A stretch of DNA of 64,000 nt. Source: Ignavibacteriota bacterium (lineage in GTDB: Bacteria > Bacteroidota > Ignavibacteria > UBA10030). Each line of letters opens with the position of its first letter. The first letter of the stretch is position 1. The notes under the pieces were generated by a model. It was not told the origin of the DNA and searched no databases. It saw only the letters and a program-made list of their open reading frames with translations. The stretch is taken from the NCBI GenBank assembly GCA_963833465.1, contig CAWHXW010000002.1:195393-259392 (forward strand). The letters run 5' to 3'. The position numbers were made by a program, and so were the translations under genes. Shown here piece after piece: positions 60,280 to 64,000 of the stretch.

Positions 60280-61164
60280 TCAGTGCAAAAGCAATTCAGC
60301 TTCTGCAAGCTTTTCAGGTTTTGTATCCGAATGTGCAGTAAAGATTACATATAATTTTCCTCTGCTGTAATCAATATCCAGAGTTTTATCAAGTTCAACT
60401 TTGAATCGGCGGATAGGGTTCGGAGTATAAACTGCTATCCCTTGTACAAAACTCACTCGTGTCACTTTACCCCGTTCCGTGATATGATCAACCGCAATAT
60501 CGCCATAGATCGACATATTACCTGTACGATTAAATGTCATTTTAAGGATTGGTGTCGTGTCATTCACCATATCAAATAAAACATCCGATATAGTCACCTT
60601 TGCTGTAGATTCACCAACTCTGATTATGACAGGTACCGTAATACCAAAAATTGGAACTAATTTTATAGAAATAGAAGTAGTATCTTTAGGAACTTCTTTT
60701 TCACCAAGCGGCTTTTCATTCGGAACCGCCCTGAAATATATGTGCGAACGATATTCACCCGCCGACAGTTGATTAGTTTTTGTGAGTTGTATCTTCACTA
60801 CCTGCGCTTCGTTAGGAGCAAGTACAACTGTATGCGGAAAAAAACGAATATATTTATCAGCAAAATTTTCTCCAGAATCAGGTTGCGTGATTTCTTCAAA
60901 TGCTCCATCTTCTTTCATCCTGAATTGCACAATTGAAATATTATACCTGGCTGTATCCGTACCTGTATTTGCAATATTAAGTTCCTGATGCCTTTTTGAT
61001 CCTTCAAAAACCACTCTCCTCGGAAATATCATCAGGTTGCCTTGCGCCACCAGATTTATTATTGAGGAAAAAAACATTAATAATATAAATCCTGAATAGA
61101 AAATGATAAAATAAATCGCTTGTTTAAACGTAAGTTCCTTGTTCAAAAATTCAAATTTGTGCAT
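60280..61164 (-). CDS. PapD-like periplasmic pilus chaperone candidate
   Basis: After an N-terminal hydrophobic anchor/signal it reads IFPRRVVFEGSKRHQELNIANTGTDTARYNISIVQF. This parallels the mature PapD N-terminus (RTRAVFDGSEKSMTLDISN, from memory), including the basic residue that binds the subunit C-terminus. It is about 230 aa of beta-rich sequence in two halves. Its stop is 12 nt from the adhesin start. Confidence 0.6.
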   Translation of the reverse strand: MHKFEFLNKELTFKQAIYFIIFYSGFILLMFFSSIINLVAQGNLMIFPRRVVFEGSKRHQELNIANTGTDTARYNISIVQFRMKEDGAFEEITQPDSGENFADKYIRFFPHTVVLAPNEAQVVKIQLTKTNQLSAGEYRSHIYFRAVPNEKPLGEKEVPKDTTSISIKLVPIFGITVPVIIRVGESTAKVTISDVLFDMVNDTTPILKMTFNRTGNMSIYGDIAVDHITERGKVTRVSFVQGIAVYTPNPIRRFKVELDKTLDIDYSRGKLYVIFTAHSDTKPEKLAEAELLLH

Positions 61165-61323
61165 AAATTTTTATTTTAATAAGATTAATAATGACCACTC
61201 TGGAGAATTAACAATGCTATAATATATGAATTCTCTCTCTTCATCATATCAGTAGATGAAATATACACAAAAAAATTGTACAACAGATGACGTTTCAATT
61301 GATTATTTTAATGAGTGCATTTT

Positions 61324-61830
61324 CTAATTATAATTGACGGTTACTTTTAAACCAGAAACATTCGTATAAGAGCCGGGTACTGTTGATTCCGGAACATTCA
61401 GCGTAGCACCTACATATACTGTTTGAGTGCCTGCGTTTAACATGCCTATTGGAGCGGGATTACTGACAAATGCATCAACTGTCACACCTTCAGTAACACC
61501 ATTAAGTACAATAGGTGAACCAGGTAATGAAATAGTGTACGTATAACTTCCTGTTCCCGTAACAACAAAGGAAGCGGCTGCAGGTGATCCGCTTACAGGT
61601 GGAATTGTCACGCCACCTGTTGTCGAACGTGTACCATCAGGACTCAATACAGCTGTGCCACTGGCTGCGAGACCTGTGGCTATGTTGCCGAAATTCATAT
61701 CAACAGTTTTAGTAATACCTATCGGTGTCACAATATTGACCGAAGTGCTGGCTATTGCAGTTGTTTGAGCAAAAATATTTGTCGAGAAACCAACCATTAA
61801 GATTGCGATAAATTTAGTTAAGTTTTTCAT
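61324..61830 (-). CDS. DUF4402-like secreted pilin candidate (paralogue 2)
   Basis: It has a signal peptide ending IFAQ, the motif IVTPIGITKTVDMNFGNIA, and the C-terminus PGSYTNVSGLKVTVNYN. I prefer the start at M7 (61830). Confidence 0.6.
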   Translation of the reverse strand: MKNLTKFIAILMVGFSTNIFAQTTAIASTSVNIVTPIGITKTVDMNFGNIATGLAASGTAVLSPDGTRSTTGGVTIPPVSGSPAAASFVVTGTGSYTYTISLPGSPIVLNGVTEGVTVDAFVSNPAPIGMLNAGTQTVYVGATLNVPESTVPGSYTNVSGLKVTVNYN

Positions 61831-62077
61831 TTTGCGAACTCCTATCATTTTAGCTCTAGGAATTCAACTGATGTACCAAAGAGTATTGCTCTTGTTTTTC
61901 GCGAAATTCTTCTAAAAGAGTTTGGAAACGATTGTAAATTCGACAAAACGAATACAATAACTAACCGTTATGTCATTTTTCTCATTGTCAATGAACAAGT
62001 ATAAAATATCCAAAAAAAAACGCTGCCCACACTAAAGGCAGCGTTTCTTGTAATTGGTTATTTTGATGAATTATACT

Positions 62078-62599
62078 CTAATTATAATTGACTGTTACAC
62101 TTAAACCGCCGCTGTTGCTGTAAGTATCAGCCGGTGTAGATGCAGGTATAGTTAGTGTAGCACCAATACTTACATCTTGTGCACCAGAACTCAACGTGCC
62201 TGTTCCAGAAGGATTACTTACAAATGAACCGACTGTTACTGTCGGAGAACCACTGCCACTAAGTGTAATTGTTCCAGGTAAAGTTATAGCATATGTATAA
62301 GCTCCCTGACCTGTCACATGAAACACAGCGGCAGTAACTGTTCCTGCGGTTGTTGGAAGTGTTACAGCTCCAGTTACTGAGCGTGAACCACCAGTAGTCA
62401 TTACAACTGTACCTCCTGTAGCATTTGTAGCTATATTGCCGAAATTCATATCAGTTGTTTTACTAATACCTATAGGAGTCACAATAGTAGCGGTCGTAGT
62501 GGCTGTTGCAGTTGCAGTTTGCTGAGCAAACGCATTTGACGATAATCCAACTATTAAGATTACCAGCAAAATTGCGAAATACTTATTTGTTTTTTTCAT
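62078..62599 (-). CDS. DUF4402-like secreted pilin candidate (paralogue 1)
   Basis: It has a signal peptide ending AFAQ, an alternating TATATATTTATIVTPIGISKTTDMNFGNIA N-terminus, and the C-terminus ADTYSNSGGLSVTVNYN. It is clearly paralogous to 61324-61830. Confidence 0.6.
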   Translation of the reverse strand: MKKTNKYFAILLVILIVGLSSNAFAQQTATATATTTATIVTPIGISKTTDMNFGNIATNATGGTVVMTTGGSRSVTGAVTLPTTAGTVTAAVFHVTGQGAYTYAITLPGTITLSGSGSPTVTVGSFVSNPSGTGTLSSGAQDVSIGATLTIPASTPADTYSNSGGLSVTVNYN

Positions 62600-62984
62600 T
62601 TTATAAACTCCTTTTATTTAAGTTTTATGTATCGTTATTTTCATTTTATAGTTTTATGTTCAATCTGTGTGCCATAAAAATTCCTTTATTTCTAAGTGTT
62701 TTTAAGGTTTTATTATTGATTATTGCATCATATTGAGAATATCGACTCACAATGGGAATTTAATAAATATACTTTATTAATTCGATAATAATTGATAATT
62801 GGATTTTTACAATTAAATCATGTATCATAATAATACATGATTCCAATGAAAAGAATTTATTTTGTTGGATAAATGCGTTTATTATTGAAATTTAAATAAG
62901 AACTAATGCTGGCATATAGATTGAGTACCATCACATTGTCCATTTCTTTTCCGATATTAGTAATATTTCTTGAGAGTGAAATCA

Positions 62985-63719
62985 ATGACAAATATCATTG
63001 AAAACACATTTGATGAATCGGCAATCTTCGGAGTACAGCGGTTGAAGAGTCGGATTGTTAAACAGATTTCGCATGAATTTCGTACACCACTTACTTCCAT
63101 TCTTGGTTTTGCAGAGATTCTCGAAGAAGACATTCCGATTGACGAAAAGGAGCGAGCAGAATATGCCGGTTATATTCGAAACGAGGGCTTACGGTTAACG
63201 AAACTTATTGATGATCTTATCGGACTTGATTCTCTTGAACAAGGACAAGATGATCTCAAATTCAAAGAACATGAATTGCAGGAAACAGCGCTATATGCAC
63301 TAATGCTTGTTGCAGATTTAGCACACAATAAGTTCATCCATATTTCTATTGATTTTCCAAACAAACCTATCATAATAAAATATGATAAGGAAAAAATTGT
63401 GCAAGTTCTTTATCAATTACTGCACAACGCTGTTAGATTCACAAAACCAAATAGCATTGTCAATTTCAAAATAGAAGCGACCGATAAACATGTTGTAATC
63501 TCCGTCAAAGACAGCGGCCCCGGTATTTCAGCAAGAGACATTCCATATTTATTTAAAAGATTTGGAAAACTCTATCGTCCCAGCGAAGAAACACATTGTA
63601 ACGGAATTGGACTTGTAATTGTAAAACATATAATTGATCAACATAATGGAGATATTGCTGTAGAAAGCCAACTCGGAGAAGGATCAACATTCATAGTCCG
63701 AATTCCGATTCATTTATAA
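62985..63719 (+). CDS. soluble histidine kinase (HisKA plus HATPase_c only; no TM or sensor domain)
   Basis: The H-box is SHEFRTPLTSILGF, the N-box LLHNAVRF, G1 DSGPGI and G2 GIGLVIV. Only about 25 aa precede the H-box. The ORF-track TTG start at 62970 is also possible. Confidence 0.85.
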   Translation: MTNIIENTFDESAIFGVQRLKSRIVKQISHEFRTPLTSILGFAEILEEDIPIDEKERAEYAGYIRNEGLRLTKLIDDLIGLDSLEQGQDDLKFKEHELQETALYALMLVADLAHNKFIHISIDFPNKPIIIKYDKEKIVQVLYQLLHNAVRFTKPNSIVNFKIEATDKHVVISVKDSGPGISARDIPYLFKRFGKLYRPSEETHCNGIGLVIVKHIIDQHNGDIAVESQLGEGSTFIVRIPIHL

Positions 63720-63772
63720 TTATTAATCAGAGATCATTCCGATTTTAACAAACGATAAGAAATAGATTATCT

Positions 63773-64000
63773 TTGAATCCAGAACGAATTTACATTGTTG
63801 ATGACGAACCATCAATTGCGAAGCTGCTTGAACTTTGGGTTGGGCAGCGCTGGGGTTACTCTGTCGAGGTATTTAATGATGGAAGAACTTTTTTGGATCG
63901 GTTCATAGAACCTCCTGACCTTGTACTTTTAGACCTTATGCTACCGGACATAAGCGGGATTGATTTGTTGAAAGAAATTAAACAACGCAATCCTGAGATT
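63773..64000 (+). CDS. response regulator receiver domain (partial; runs off the window)
   Basis: My hand translation from the TTG at 63773 gives LNPERIYIVDDEPSIAKLLELWVG...PDLVLLDLMLPDISGIDLLKEIKQRNPEI, with the REC acidic pocket DD and the phospho-acceptor region LLDLMLP. An in-frame stop lies at 63746-63748. This gene is not in the ORF track. Confidence 0.75.
   Translation, partial: MNPERIYIVDDEPSIAKLLELWVGQRWGYSVEVFNDGRTFLDRFIEPPDLVLLDLMLPDISGIDLLKEIKQRNPEI

Overview
This is an AT-rich bacterial chromosomal segment. It probably comes from an FCB-group organism (Ignavibacteriota/Bacteroidota-like), judged from a T9SS-type C-terminal sorting domain, signal peptides ending in FAQ/NAQ, and overall gene content. 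I could not run a taxonomic search.

About two thirds of the window is housekeeping. It includes:
- an ECF sigma/anti-sigma pair
- nuoABCDEF
- mltG, chorismate mutase and tsaD
- rpmB, pgsA-pgpA
- cinA-thpR-recA-recX
- an AI-2E transporter and a PolB-like exonuclease
- patatin, a SpoU methyltransferase and zupT
- pntAA/AB/B, ychF, rubrerythrin and cbpA
- a U32 peptidase, DUF1385-prfA, tadA and tRNA-Arg(TCG)

Three accessory blocks on the minus strand stand out.
1. 34.7-42.3 kb: a six-gene hexuronate operon (uxaC, an ExuT-like MFS, an SDR, a PfkB kinase, a LarA-family protein, gnd). It lacks uxuA and kdgA, which suggests an epimerase route into 6-phosphogluconate.
2. 42.7-46.3 kb: a split MetH-like corrinoid methyltransferase set. 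It has a B12-binding protein, a homocysteine-methyltransferase domain, a reactivation domain and a URO-D/MtaA-like methyltransferase, but no pterin-binding module.
3. 49.2-62.6 kb: a chaperone-usher-like fimbrial locus. It has three DUF4402-like pilin candidates, a PapD-like chaperone and a 1001-aa usher-like outer-membrane protein with a SPOR tail. A ~2480-aa repeat adhesin carrying a T9SS sorting tail sits inside the locus. A sensor-less histidine kinase and a response regulator are transcribed divergently next to it.

Six conserved or long genes are broken by single frame breaks, mostly at short homopolymers. That pattern points to sequence-quality problems rather than mass pseudogenisation.

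I saw no CRISPR array, rRNA, transposase, integrase or prophage genes.
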